64,000 nt of DNA from Eledone cirrhosa (lineage: Eukaryota), in NCBI GenBank assembly GCA_964016885.1, contig OZ024741.1:96286001-96350000 (forward strand), given 5' to 3'. Within the stretch, counting starts at the first letter, position 1, and the number at the start of each line of letters is the position of its first letter. The translations under genes and the position numbers were made by a program. A model generated the notes under the pieces. It saw only the letters and a list, made by a program, of their open reading frames with translations. It did no database searches and was not told the DNA's origin. Positions 41,633 through 59,450 of this stretch are shown piece after piece.

Positions 41633-42023
41633 ATATATGAATGTATATATAGTGTATTTTGCAATACGCTGTATGCTTAATTAAAAGCATTTCGAAGACC
41701 TTGTGCTATTGTTTTAGAGTAGTGACAGACTCACTTACTTTAATTTTCAGCAAACGGGGGAGATAAAGCTGTTTCGCATTTATTGATGCTTATCAAAGCC
41801 AACTACTCCTCCTGTTTGCTGAAAACATGGATGTTTGGTTCTTATAGAATTCTAGTAAATAATCAGGAACTGATTATACAGAGGGCCTTGTCAGCTTTAT
41901 CTCCCCTGTTTGCTGAAAATTAACGTAAGTGAGTCTGTCACTACTCTAAAACAATAGCATAAGGTCTTCGAAATGCTTTTAATTAAGCATACAGTGTATT
42001 GCAAAATACACTATATATATACA

Positions 42024-42030
<7 letters not shown>
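41633..42030. repeat. Inverted repeat (arms about 41633-41771 and 41892-42030) with a degenerate HHR at 41761-41800 (-)
   Basis: The arms are reverse complementary. Minus strand reads TTGATAA-GCAT(CAATAA)ATGC-GAAACAGCTTTA. Confidence 0.75.
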
Positions 42031-42085
<55 letters not shown>

Positions 42086-42091
42086 TGTATA

Positions 42092-44745
<2,654 letters not shown>

Positions 44746-44955
44746 AGTTTTGTGGATTTCGTAAAAAAAAAAAAAATTATATTCAAAGTTGGCAGAATAT
44801 TCATTTCGTGCAATATTCGACAGATGTAAATGTGAATGTAACCAAATGTTGTGTGTGTATGCACAAACACACACGCACGCACACACACACACGTGCGCGC
44901 ATGTATATATATATATATATATATATATATGATATATATATATATATAATATATA

Positions 44956-44986
<31 letters not shown>

Positions 44987-45889
44987 GATATATATATAAT
45001 ATATATATTGGGCAAACAATGATAAATTCGTTGGTAGAGACAAGAATGTACGACAAGAAAGGAACAAAGAGAAGCGACTCGGCTGGAATTTTTAAGAGGT
45101 TTCTATCTTCTCTGGTCAAGAAAATTGTTTTAAATTGCTATCTTTAAAATATATTAACCACTGAGATTATAGAAAGTTGGAGGCAACAATTTCATACAAG
45201 GATTTCTTTGATATAACTCATAATTATATCTTTTCATTATTTCTTGCAGTTGTCTGTTTTCTCCTCAATCAACATATATCTTGATTCATAGGTAGTTTTT
45301 TTGTGGGTTTTATATTACATCTATATTGAAGTTCCTGGAGGAATTTTACTGGTAGTTCATAGCTTTTGTTGTTTTATTTAGTTGAAAGCGTTTTTCAGTC
45401 TCCACCGCCAGTCTCTCTATCTCTGTTTGCCTGTCTTTTAATGTATACCCCTCTAGGCATTCATCTGTAATGATGATGTGAATTGGAAGAAGCGATACGG
45501 TGCTGTACAAAACACGTAGCACTATTTATTTATTATTCCTTGCGTTTTGAGTTCGAATCTCACCGTGTACCATCGTATTTTTCATCAATCTGAAGTCGCA
45601 AAATATGGAGGAGGCATAGATATAATCAGCAAAACATTAATATAAAAACCACCATGCTGATGCTGCACTGTTGATGGTGACGTCAACGATGATGCTGATG
45701 GATATAGAGCTTGGAGGGCCCAGGGTACTTCAGGTTTGATGAAACCCTCAAACCATACAAAATAGAATACACACCAACCTCTCAATTTTACATATCTTGT
45801 TGAGCAAGAAAGATGAACAGACCTTCTTCAACACTTAATTTAAAATTTAAAAACAAATTATTTTTAACTGTAATATTCAGTTAAGATGG

Positions 45890-45931
45890 ATTTTTGATAA
45901 GATGGATTTCACTGATCGAAACCGGTTATAT
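45890..45931 (+). ncRNA. Variant (U3-A8) hammerhead motif
   Basis: TTGATAA-GAT..ATC-GAAACCGGTT; stem I is weak. Confidence 0.45.
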
Positions 45932-46165
45932 TTTATATATTTTATATACATTATAAAACTCTTTTTTTAAAAAGAATTGTCCCTCTCATTTTTTCAATAA
46001 TGTCACTTTGACCAATCAAAGAAGAAAAAAAGAAAAACTGATCCTTATATATAACTGATATATTTTCTGTGCTATACATACTTATATATATATATATATA
46101 TAATTAAAGAATTAAAGTAGGAGAATAAACAACCAAAATTCTGGAAAGAATATTTATAATTTCTT

Positions 46166-46285
46166 CGTTTACAATACTTTCAGAAGTCAAAATTACATTT
46201 CGATCCATAAGAATGAGACCTATCAATATTTGAATCAATAGGCCTAGGTGATATTAAACTATGGTTAGACCTCATCTTCAGAACG
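46166..46285 (-). ncRNA. Hammerhead motif with a long stem II insertion
   Basis: CGTT-CTGAAGA-TGAGGTC...(about 80 nt)...GACTTCT-GAAAGTATTGTA-AACG. Confidence 0.5.
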
Positions 46286-46537
46286 TAAAAAACAAAACAA
46301 ATTTCAAAAATACATATCACTTAAGGAGGAAGCTAGAAAGAAACACTCTACCCACTACCATCATTCATGCATTACGATATTTATCTACAAGAAATGTACA
46401 CTGCCATTGTCTACCACCACACGACTTGTTTAGTTCTTCGAATTAGTTTTCCTTGCAGTAACAGTGTACACTCAATATATATATATATATACTGTATATA
46501 TATATAAATCAAAGGAGCTGTGTGGTTATTAAAAACA

Positions 46538-46728
46538 AGGTTTAGGATGGTTTTTTGGACGGAACAAGAGGAGAAAAGAAGAAAGAATCGTTCGTCAGCT
46601 GTAATCCGTGATCCAGATGTTACGGCGCTTATTTACAGGACATCTGTAGCGATCCGCGGATTACAGCTGACGAAGGATTCTTTCTTCTTTTCTCCTCTTG
46701 GTCCGTCCAAACCACCATCCTAAACCCT
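46538..46728. repeat. Imperfect inverted repeat containing an HHR-like 5' core (CTGACGA-AGGAT..ATCC)
   Basis: The arms 46538-46613 and 46651-46728 are reverse complementary. Confidence 0.75.
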
Positions 46729-46747
46729 ATATATATATATATATATA

Positions 46748-47794
46748 TTTCGTTTCTGAATTTGTTTAGCAAGATTCTTTATCTGAAATTGTGTGTTGAA
46801 ACCGATATTGTTATACTTTGGGAGGGTCATGTTGCCAATAAGAAACACACGCACCAGTTGCTTTCACTTCAATTTATTATATATTTATAAATTTATAAAT
46901 TTACAAATTTACAAACTTATAAATTTCTGGTTGGTTGGTTGGTTCCACAACCAGATAGTTGTTTATATATAGTCATAGTCCTTTCGTCACACACTCTGTG
47001 ACCTGTTCAGTGACTGGGAATTCCTTTCTTTGTTTCTGTGCCTTTCCTTTCTTCTATCCTACGCCATTTTGTTTCTCTGTGTGTGTTGTGTGCTCAGTTT
47101 GCGCATGCGCCACATCCGGGTGTCTGTGTGTGTTTGTGTTCATTTATCTATTTGTTTATTTATTTATTTATTGTTGGTTGGTTGTTTGTTCTATGTGTGT
47201 GTGTGTTTTCATTTTGTCCTGTGTGTGTTTTCATTTTGTCCTTAATTGTAAGTTGTGATGTTGCTGTTCCACTCATATTTTCTATTTAATTTTGGTTTTA
47301 ATTCTTTTATGCTTACTGCCTCTGTAATTTGCCTAAACATTGCGTCTTTTCTGTGTGTGGATTCTATTTTTATTTCTATGTTCTCTAATCTACCCCTGTG
47401 TTCTATCTTAGCATGTTGGTAGAGCACAACAATAAATAAATAAATAAACAAATAGATAAATGAACACAAACACACACAGACACCCGGATGTGGTGCATGC
47501 GCAAACTGAGCACACAACACACACACAGAAACAAAATGGCGTAGGATAGAAGAAAGGAAAGGCACAGAAACAAAGAAAGGAATCCCCAGTCACTGAACAG
47601 GTCACAGAGTGTGTGACGAAAGGACTATGACTATATATAAACAACTATCTGGTTGTGGAACCAACCAACCAACCAGAAATTTATAAGTTTGTAAATTTGT
47701 AAATTTATAAATTTATAAATATATAATAAATTGAAGTGAAAGCAACTGGTGCGTGTGTTTCTTATTGGCAACATGACCCTCCCAAAGTATAACA

Positions 47795-47796
<2 letters not shown>
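46748..47796 (-). mobile_element. PLE family B 3' fragment (GIY-YIG C-terminus plus pLTR) with an inverted pLTR copy
   Basis: QHAKIEHRG..RQITEAVSIKELKPKLNRKYEW on -. 47427-47796 is the reverse complement of 46806-47175. Confidence 0.9.
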
Positions 47797-47826
<30 letters not shown>

Positions 47827-47835
47827 ATATATATA

Positions 47836-50800
47836 TAATAATAATAAATTTGAAGACTAAAATCCTAAGAGGGCTCGATCCCATTTACCATTTACGTGGT
47901 TTTGTCTTTGCGTGCAATTGTTCTCTACGCTCCACATATGACGTATTATCTTCGTTTTTTCCGTTCATTGCCAGATAACGTCTCTATGAACCATCTAAGA
48001 GAACATTAGTCTACGACTTCTTTTATACCATAAACGTGGTTCTGTCTTTGCGCGTAATTGTTTTCACCGCTTCTATTAATGACGTATTATATTCGTTTTT
48101 CCCCGTTCTTTGCCAGGGAACGTTTCCACGAACCAAAGTATCGTCTTCCTGTCTTCCTCCGGTTGCAACGTTTTTTGAAATATCCACTTCTGCGTTTACA
48201 GATTGACTTTGTTAGTTTCAGAAGATCCCGTTAAGGGTGAAAGCAGCGATTCTTTGCTTAAACTTTAATCTGTTATTTTAATAAATATATATATATATAT
48301 ATATATAGTAACAATAATAAATTTGAAGACTAAAATCCAAAGAGCGCTCGATAAGGATAAATATATATCAAATATATAAGAACCGTAAAGCAGTGATTCT
48401 TTGCTTAAACTTTAATCTGTTATTTTAATAAATATTTGCTCTACGGTTCTTTTATATTTGATATATATTTATCCTTATCGAGCCCTCTTTGGATTTTAGT
48501 CTTCAAATTTTTTATTATTACTATTTGGCTCCCTCGGTTGAGCACTCTATTGACTTATATTCATCGTGCAGAAACAACATCTGAATATTTCTACAAAGGA
48601 CATACCCGTACCAAGCAGGAAAACATACCTAAAACTCCTGATACAGAAAACAGACGCGTTCATTAAAAGGTTGCGTTGGCGTGCCTTTTATTTCGATAAT
48701 CCGCGAAAAACAGATAACAAACAGGATAAATTTGGGTTTAAAACCTATAATAACCCCCTGTGTAACCCAGCATTGCTACCCTTCGAAAATGATGTCTTGG
48801 AACTCATACGGAGTATCAAATTTCGGAATAGGAGCAATTCCTTCCAGCAGGACCTGAAGAATAGAATTCGTTCTATTAAGGATTCTAATGCCGTGCACGT
48901 CCATTCCGACAAAACTGGCAACCTATATCAAGTGGAGCGCAGTACTTACCATCAACTACTACATAATGCTGTAACTAAGAATTACCGAAATACTAATCGG
49001 TGCGTCATCAATGAAATCAACGATTCTGGGTTTAAAATCACATCTGATCTCAACATCCTGGACCGGACCGAACCTCTGGACCCTATTTCTCCCCACTTTA
49101 CTCTGAAGGATCACAAATCCAATTTTCCGAACAACCCCTCTATTCGGCTTATTAACCCTACGAAGTCCGATTTAGGTAGACTTAGTAAAACGATTCTTGA
49201 TAGAATTATACCTGAAATTAGAAGTTTGGCCCCTCTTGCACTGTGGAACAATTCTTTCGCGGTGATTGATTGGTTCAATGGCATATGTAACAAGGAACAT
49301 TGCCGTTTTATCCAATTCGACATCAACAATTACTACTCCTCTATCACTTTACCACTGCTCCTTAGAGCTATCAATTTCGCTAAAACACTCACAGTGGTTA
49401 AGGATTTCGAAGTTGATGTCATCCTCAATGCCCGTAAGTCGGTGATTAATTTCGACGACTCTATTTGGATTAAAAAATCCAATAGTACCCCATTCGACGT
49501 GAGTATGGGCGCCAACGATTCTGCGGAGGTTACTGATCTTATCGGCCTTTTCATTCTTTTCTCTATCAAGGACGAATTCCCCAACGCGGTCGGTGATTTG
49601 TACCGTGATGATGGTCTTTTGACCATGACTAAGTGCGGACCTCGTGCTTGCGACAGGTTCAGAAAAGAACTCACAGCCTTCTTTAAAGGCTTCAACCTCT
49701 CTATACAGGTTGAGGCCAATCTCTCGGTCGTTAATTACCTCTACGTTACCCTCAATTTATTGAATGGGTTGTATTACCCGTATAGAAAGCCGAATGATAC
49801 GCTTAATTACATAAGTAAGCATTCCAACCATCCTGCCAGCATAACCAAGAACCTGGTAAGAAACGTTTCGTTGAGGCTTTCCCGTCTATCTACTAACGAG
49901 TATATTTTCAACGACCATTCCACTTATTACAAACAAGCTCTTGCTCGGAGTGGATTTGTCGATAAGGTAGCATATACAGAGTACGAAAATAGACCTAGAA
50001 GAAATAGATCCCGTCGCATTTGTTTTTATAACCCACCATATAATATGGAGGTGGCCACACTATTAGCTAAGATCTTTCTTTCCCTTATTACGAAACTTTT
50101 TCCCCCTACACATAAATATAGTAACATTTTTAATAGAAATACTATTAAAATTTCTTACTCTACGACTCCTAACCTTGCACATAACATCACAGCTTCAAAT
50201 TTAGCTAAACTACCTTGCCGTAGGAACACGTGCAACTCTGTAGTTAGTACTAACTGTAATTGTAGGAATCGGGTTGATTACCCCCTATCCGGAAATGCCT
50301 CTCTAGTAACATTGTCTACAAATGTAAGGTTGAAACACCCACGTCCCGTAGGGCCTACATAGGGTTAACCGCCAATAGATTCAAGCAGCTTCTTTACATG
50401 CATACCCATTCTTTTCGTTACCCTCTAAGAAGGAATATGACGTCACTTTCAGCTTATATCTGGAGTCTAAAAGACAACCACACCCAATATAAATTACACT
50501 GGGAGATCCTAGCTAGGGCTAGATCGTATAACGGAAATAAAAGACCACGTGACCTCTGCGCCGCCGAGGCCCTGGAAATACTCTATGCCACAGACCACAT
50601 TTTAAACAAAAAATCTGAGGCAATTTCGGCTTGTAAACATAAATTGCACAAAACTTTCCTGTATTACAGCCCCACGTTATACCCTAACGGATAGTACGAT
50701 CTATACGTGGATATTTTACGTCTTGATGTGGTAGCTAAGTATATGTTTTGTTTATACCATTATTTATTTGCATAGGTAAGTATATATTACCTGTATGTTT

Positions 50801-51700
50801 TGTGAAGGTACGTATACCTTCTCGTATGTATATTTGATTGTATATGTTATGGCGTATAATTTAATATATTCTGGTACATATAGTTTGGTTATGTGTATAC
50901 GGGAGTTTTGCGTCTGTGTGAGTATGCAAGTTCGTACGTATGTAGGGTGTGTGTATATGTGTACTTCATGTTTTGGTTGACTTACGTCTCCGAACATTTG
51001 TGTATTTACATGTAGGTATGTGTGTGCGCTTGTTATATACGTATTTATTTATTTATATACGTTTACTTAATTATTTATTTATTTGTATACACGCATACAC
51101 ACACACACATATTTATATGTGCGTGGTTTTGTATACCTATGGTAAGTGTTTTCGCGTATGCTTGTGTATGTACGTATTTGTATGCGTGTATGTATTTATT
51201 TAATTTCTATTACTTCTGTATTGTATTTATTTACTTTGTTCTCAACTCTGAAGCGGAGATTCATTCGGTCTCCTAGTTAGAATTTTAGTCTACGACTTCT
51301 GCCATACCATTTACGTGGTTTTGTCTTTGCGTGCAATTGTTCTCCACGCTCCACATATGACGTATTATCTTCGTTTTTTTCGTTCATTACCAGAGAACGG
51401 CTCTATGAACCACCTAAGAGAACATTAGTCTACGACCTCATTTATACCATAAACGTCGTTCTGTCTTTGCGCGTAATTGTTTTTCACCGCTCCTATTAAT
51501 GACGTATTATATTCGTTTTTTCCCGTTCTTTGCCAGGGAACGTTTCCACGAACCAAAGTATCGTCTTCCTGTCTTCCCCCGGTTGTAACGTTTTTTGAAA
51601 TATCCACTTCTACGTTTACAGATTGACTTTGTTAGTTTCAGAAGATCCTGTTAAGGGTGAAAGCAGCGATTCTTTGCTTAAACTTTAATCTGTTATTTTA

Positions 51701-51706
<6 letters not shown>
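47836..51706 (+). mobile_element. Near-complete PLE family A (Naiad-like by motif pattern) with a rearranged 5' pLTR and full 3' pLTR
   Basis: 47888-48285 duplicates 51307-51706. Short inverted tips at 47836-47880 and 48307-48392. The ORF lies in between. Confidence 0.92.
48566..50694 (+). pseudogene. PLE RT plus GIY-YIG endonuclease ORF, one frameshift near 50290
   Basis: KDIPVPS..FIKRLRWRA, SDKTGN, FIQFDINNYYSSI, FDVSMGA, LYRDDGL, CNCR, then (frameshifted) IVYKC..YIGLT, LSAYIWSLK, LNKKSE..CKH. The start codon reads GTG. Confidence 0.92.
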
Positions 51707-51786
<80 letters not shown>

Positions 51787-52020
51787 AAGGCGGGTAAAAT
51801 TCCCGAGATCCATGGACGAGTTCTCTCCAGCGGTCTCTGTCCCTCATTATTATTGGGGAGGGTCATATTGTTATAATATTGCCAGAAATAATAACAGAAG
51901 ACACACACAGTGAGTGTGTTCAGTTGTTTATTTCTGGCAATACAATATTATAGCAATATGACCTTCCCAAGTATAACAATATTTGTTTCGACACACTATT
52001 TAATATCAAAAACCTTGCAA

Positions 52021-52920
<900 letters not shown>

Positions 52921-53155
52921 TTAAGGGTACTATTTATGGTTATGTATGTAATAAAACCTTTAATCGTAATATATCATATATACAAACTTTAAATAGTGAA
53001 AGATAGTCATTAATTACTATCCTATTACCAGTAAGATAAATAGCTCAATGTAATAACATCAGTTGTTTTACAGAGCAGTTATATAGAGATTACAATAATC
53101 AAAGTTCAGTTTAAGTCATTTATTTGCCTCAAGTATGTTATAGATCAGTAAATAG

Positions 53156-53204
53156 TTGCTCCGAAGAATCCAAACCTCGGTTTGGAGGAAACAATTGTAA
53201 GCAA
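53156..53204 (+). ncRNA. Hammerhead motif with variant core CCGAAGA
   Basis: TTGCT-CCGAAGA-ATCCAAACC(TC)GGTTTGGAG-GAAAC-AATT-GTA-AGCAA. Confidence 0.75.
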
Positions 53205-53263
53205 ATAAATGACTTAAACTGAACTTTGATTATTGTAATCTCTCTCTCTCTCTATATATATAT

Positions 53264-53615
53264 ATTTATTAAAATAGCAGATTAAAGTTTAAGCAAAGAA
53301 TCGCTGCTTTCACCCTTAACGGGATCTTCTGAAACTAACAAAGTCAATCTGTAAACGCAGAAGTGGATATTTAAAAAAACGTTGCAACCGGAGGAAGACA
53401 GGAAGACGATACTTCGGTTCGTGGAAACGTTCCCTGGCAAAGACCGGGAAAAAACGAATATAATACGTCATTAATAGGAGCGGTGAAAAACAATTACGCG
53501 CAAAGACAGAACCACGTTTATGGTATAAAAGAGGTCGTAGACTAATGTTCTTTTAGGTGGTTCATAGAGACGTTCTCTGGCAATGAACGAAAAAAACGAA
53601 GATAATACGCCATAC
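53264..53615 (-). mobile_element. PLE family A pLTR fragment
   Basis: Reverse complement of about 47935-48286. Confidence 0.9.
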
Positions 53616-53775
53616 GTCGATATATCTGATATGAAATAATACACCCAATTTTCCACACAATACAATTAGTTAGCACCCAGAACGTTTAATTAGGAATATA
53701 CTCACTTATTTCCTAATGTTTGTTGAGTGAGTTAGGATTTGGCCGGAGCATCGCTTTTAGCTTTCTCCGATAATG

Positions 53776-53809
<34 letters not shown>

Positions 53810-53813
<4 letters not shown>

Positions 53814-54684
53814 TACTTGGGGAGGGTCATATTTGTGTAATATTGCCAGAATTAATAACAGAACACACTCACTGTTTAGCTGGTTTTCGCTTTTCGCTTC
53901 TGTGTCTTTTATATCGGTAATCTAATTTATTCGGTCCTCAATGTTGCCATACAATATAGACACAAACACATATATATAGTTTATCAAAGTTCTTTCGTTG
54001 CACATCTGCAACACTGTCAGTGGTGCTATTGTTTCCTCCCGTTACATTGTATGTCTACGCCATTTTTATTTAGTCTGTATATATATTTATTTATTTATTT
54101 ATTTGTTTGATTATCTTATTTTGTCGTTTGCGTGTGTGTATAGTGTTTTGTTTGATGCGTGTTCGTGATTGGGTGACTAGTGTGTGTTTATATGTGTTTG
54201 TTGTTATTGTGCTTGTGTATGTATTTATTTATTTATTTATTTATCTATTTATTTATTTATTTATACTTCTCTTAGGTCAGTGTTGTTTGTTTGGGTGTTG
54301 TTGTTATTCCATTCATTCTTTCTGTTTAGTCTTGGCCTTCTAAGTTCTATTTCACTGGCCTCTCTGATTTGCCTATCTGCTGGGTCATTTCTATGTTTAG
54401 ATATTTTTCTAATTTCTATGTTGTCTATGTTACCGTCATGTTGTTGTCTGGCATGTTCGTATAGTAATGACCCGTTTTTTCGTCCTTTTAGTTCCCCCCA
54501 GTGTTGGTCTATCCTTTCACCTATGCTACAAGCTGTCTCGCCTATGTATGTTGTTGTCATGTTTCTGCAAGTACCCTCTGTACATCTTATCCTACAGACT
54601 ACGTTTCTAGTTTTACAGTTTATCCGGGGGTTTACCTTACATATGATACATTTCCTATTAGTACAGTGGGTTTTCTTAAAAGGT
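53810..54684 (-). mobile_element. PLE family C 3' fragment (GIY-YIG plus pLTR)
   Basis: TYIGETACSIGERIDQH..RQIREASEI..PRLNRKNEW; related to family B. Degenerate HHR at about 53982-54024. Confidence 0.88.
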
Positions 54685-57600
54685 ATATATATATGTGTCT
54701 GTATATATACATGTATATATATATATATATCTCTCTATATATATATACGGTGGTGAGGTGTAGGGGTACTGGTGGTGGTCCTGAAGTGTAAAGTGTGTGG
54801 CGGGGCTATTGCTGCTATTTCCAAATATATAAAGCCGCTAACCACCGAATTCTGAAGGGTGAAGGCCAATACGGTCATCAGGATAAATGCTGCGAGGCAT
54901 ATTTATCCGCTGCCTCGACAGCCTCAGCATTTCGGTCCATGCAACAGCAACCTTTCACGCAGGCAGCACACTTACAGGAACACTCATGCGTGCTCACACA
55001 ATTGTATGAATACGTGGGATTCCTATAGCACTGTATATGCCAATTACATACACACTGGTGTGGGTACAAAATTGTAGAAGTTAAATACGTATATTAACTT
55101 TCTTTCTCTCTCTCACTCACCCAGACACATTCACACAAATACGCATAGGGACCCCCAGTCACACATGCTTTTAAACCTTTATCTTTTATTATTTATTCGT
55201 TTCGTTCTTCACTCTAGCCTTATTTTCTCTTATTTCTTTCCCATCCTCCTAGTTTCTCTAACCGTCATCAGTCTGTCCAAATATTTGCTGCTTTCTTCTA
55301 GTCACCGTTCCTCAACTAATATTTCACATCCTCTTCCCCCGATCTAAACTTTCCCCCTTTTTCGTCTCTCTTTTTATCTACTCATCTTGTACTTAATATA
55401 CCCTCTCTCTTTCGTTTCCTTTTTCTCCCCCTCCATCTCACTCTCACACACCCGACCTCTCTCTGTGTCTCTCTCCCCCGCACACCCTATTTGAACTATC
55501 CATTCCCTTTTCGAGTCTTATACATTTGGAAACATCGAAACACTACCCACAACACATACTTCAAAACCATCACTACTATCTCTTAACACCATCAAACCTA
55601 CCAGAACCACACATTACCACATTTATACCCCCCCCCCCCATCACCACTACTCTTCCCACTATCACCACAACACCCCGAACAAAACACGACTACTCATCTT
55701 AATAATCCCCTACTAACCATCTCCAATAATCTTTCCACAAACCTCCGATACAACCACCATCAGGCACCTACTACTATCTACCGCCTCCTCCTTTATAAGA
55801 AGAAGAACAACAAAAACAACAATAACAACAACAAAAACAACACCAACAACAACAACAGCAACAGCAGCAACAACAACAGCAACAGCAGCAACAATAACAA
55901 CAATAAGAACAACAACAGCAACAGCACCGTGAATAAGGCGAAAATACTATTAACAAGTAAAAATTATACTAACGCCACTACTGCTAACGATGAAGACACC
56001 GATACAACAGCAACTACCACAGCATCAGCAACAATAACACCAACAACAATTGCAGCAGCAGCAACAATATCACCAACGACAATTGCAGCAACAGCAACAA
56101 AACAACCACAACAACAACATTGACAACACTGGCAAAACGCCACAGCACCATCGGAAGTAATATCACTTCCACAAAATAAAAAGTAAAAGAATATTAACAA
56201 AGAAACGAAGAGATCAATGACAACAACAACAAAAACAATGACAAGTAGTGGGGAGTGATTATTATGTGTTTAAATGGATTTAAGTCAGTAATTAGTTTGA
56301 TTTTGAATCAGACGTGTACTTCTTGACAGCATCTCATCAATCACATCATGTCACAATGTGCGTGTATGTATTTTAAGTGTTGTTGGTGTAGTTTAGTGTA
56401 TTTGTGTTGTTATTTAACCACAGGTCAATCCTGGTTGAGCAGACCTTTAAAGAGTCGCTCGGTTTAATGTCTCCATGTAGTGAGCCTTTTGCTATGTTGG
56501 ACATTACCAATTATTGAGCAGGGTCACTGGTCTGAGAATAACTTCATCCAGCTCTCTCCTTCCTTTTACCTGTCACGGAGGCCTTGAAGAGGCGGACGTG
56601 TGTTTCCGATATTTCTCAGACAAAACCTGAAACATATCCAACTTTGACGATACCATCTTTTTGCATATTTAGAGATACATTATCTAACGTAACCTTTTGT
56701 TTTCAGATATGTGTGGCATATCCGATTTGCGAGTTTTTGACTGCTTTGTGCAATGGATTGATTCACCATATACTGACGTCTTCCCTGATGTTAACGTGGT
56801 TGATGTTGTTTATGTAAATGGATGCTTTTAGAATTGTTAGTGATATAGTTGCTTGTGTTGCATTTTGTGTTGTTGTTGTTATTGTTATTCAGCCTCAGGT
56901 CAACAATGAATTTTAGCTGAGTCTTCCGGTAGGGTATTGGAGCTTCGTATAGACGCCTTCATTTGATCATTGTTTCAGTAATCTTTCTTGACTTAGAGTA
57001 GATAAGGCAGCGGCCATGATCTTATAGTAGATATTCCGAGAGAACTCATTCTTTATTCTGACACCAAAGACAGCTTTAATTCTTACAACATATTGGACTC
57101 CGCTAAAGGCACATAATGGACACATGGGTGTTTAACCGGGTAACAGATTAAGTTGAGCACGTGATGGTACGTTCTTTGGGACTCATATTGGGACGTATAT
57201 TAGGTTCCACATTGGCACTTTCGTGAGGAATTATATGACACGTTCTTGAGATTTTCCGATGGCATCTTCTTTAGCCAACCCAAATCGAAAAGTTGTTGAG
57301 ATTTTCGATTAGTATGATGCATAGACATAATGCGTTTCTTATCTCAGTCAGTTTACTTACAATAAGAAGTTCGCTTTTCAATCACAAGCTCCTGGGTTCT
57401 AAACCGACACATGTTCTTGTAAATAGTTATTCTTCCAAAAATACACACATATATTGAATTCTCTATGTTATTTGTACATGCATGCATGACATTTATGTAA
57501 TTATATCAGAGAAATAAATTATCGACATATCATTTTTATCTTTAATCATTTTCGCGTCAGTAATCAACATAATCTATAGGGTTTCTCTTGTGCAAACCAT

Positions 57601-58126
57601 TAATGCACCAAAACGTAAATTTCCCAGCTTGTTTGATTGTACATATATCCAGTAATGTTGTTACATATGACATTAAAATCGAGAACTCCAAAAATTAAAT
57701 ACATATTTCTATCAATAGCATATCAATAATATTTTTAATGTTTGAAATGCTTTAAACAGTATTTATTATCATTTGATAAATGGGAATACAATTATTTCCT
57801 AAAAACGTGTTAAGATGCACCTATTCATAACATACACTCTCTAAACAGGTACATTGTCTCATAAGCAACACAATTAAGACCATCGCTATTAATACCGACG
57901 CCACGTACACCAACACCTCTCTCTTTCTCTTTGACACACACACAAGCACGCACATACACACACATGTACGCACTCAAACGCGCGTACACACATACACGTG
58001 TGATCATACATACACGCACACATAACAGTGACAACGCACCCACCCGGGCGCATTCTCAGACTCACATATATGTAGCAAGGTAGATAGATCAACAGGCAAA
58101 TAGATGGATAGATACATAGATAGATA

Positions 58127-58182
58127 TGTTTCTTTATTAGCCACAGGGGCACAAAAGAAGGGGACAAATACAAAGGGGGAAG
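58127..58182 (-). mobile_element. 56-bp 3' tip of the Tx1-like LINE, inserted in (GATA)n
   Basis: Exact reverse complement of 13838-13893, with GATA repeats on both sides. Confidence 0.92.
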
Positions 58183-58287
58183 ATACATATATAGATAGAT
58201 AGATAGACAGACGGATAAATAGATAAATGGATAGTTAGTTAGATAGATAGGTAGATAGATAGCTAAATAGGTAGGTACACCAACAGG

Positions 58288-58338
<51 letters not shown>

Positions 58339-58848
58339 ATAAATATACACCAGCAAGAGCTATTCACAAATGATATCACATTTGCATTGCCACGGGAAAG
58401 AAAATCCGCCCTCTATTAGAAATAAAAACATGATGTCAATTACGACAATGATACAACGAAGTGCATGAAAAAAGAATATCAAGAATCCTATGAATGCCTA
58501 TAATTTAGTCCGAGAATAAAAAAAGAAACATTATACTGATACAATATATATTTCGTATCACTAATTTCACCTGTTCTTGAGTGTTTCTCTCTTTTCCTGT
58601 TATTGTTTTCACAATATATATTTGACACACACGCACCTACACAAACACACACACTCGCTCACTCTCGCTCAATCATGCACACATACACACGCAAGTTTGT
58701 ATATAATGATTAACTCCAATGCTAACGGTGACTTTCATAGTACAAGCCATTATGCCAGCTAAAGAGAAAATGTATTTTCTCACCTTATGGAATCGTTACA
58801 CGTAACGAGAAACTTTAAGTAGCAATGTTGTGAATCACCAATATCAAA

Positions 58849-58896
<48 letters not shown>

Positions 58897-58903
<7 letters not shown>

Positions 58904-59450
58904 AGAATATAAAAGATAAACGAACACAGAAATATACATATATGTATTCAAATCGTAAGGGACCAGATTCGCTAAGGTGAAAAGAATACTAACTATAGAC
59001 AATTGGGTTTGTTGCTTGTCTCAATTTAAGAAAAAAATCAAGGAAATAAATACAAACCGGAATTGTGGTAACTACCGATCACCCAGACAACTTGTTGTTT
59101 CGCAATGTTAATTGTGAATAGAATTACCAATTCAAGCTCATCAGTGGGTGATGAATTAGTATCCTAGACACTTCTAAGTATATTAAGAAACTGAATAGTG
59201 TGCTATATATAAACATTTTAGCGCACATGGCATCCTAGCGCGTCTCACAAGCTTACACCACTAAAAATAGCAGCCAGGTTTATTCGACATTTGAAATAGC
59301 TCAACAAATTAACGGAGCCGAATATATCAAAGGTATATATTGAGTTAGGAACTCAAAATAGCCTCTTACAACAAAATAGCTCTAAGAAAGAGATATTTCC
59401 GAGCTGTATATTATAATAGAATATAAAAGAAAAACGAATACAGACATATA
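58897..59450 (-). mobile_element. Second copy of the 514-517 bp retrozyme-like unit
   Basis: Diverged reverse complement of 19427-19995. AATAGAATATAAAAGA is repeated at 58901 and 59415. Confidence 0.8.
59078..59152 (-). ncRNA. Canonical type I hammerhead ribozyme, GUC cleavage triplet
   Basis: ATCACCCA-CTGATGA-GC..GC-GAAAC-AAC(AA)GTT-GTC-TGGGTGAT: 8-bp stem I and a complete core. Confidence 0.9.

Noticed and set aside
48219-48252. CAGAAGA-TCCC(GTTAA)GGGT-GAAAGC in all family A pLTRs
   Set aside because: No UH triplet or stem I follows, so it is not called as a ribozyme.
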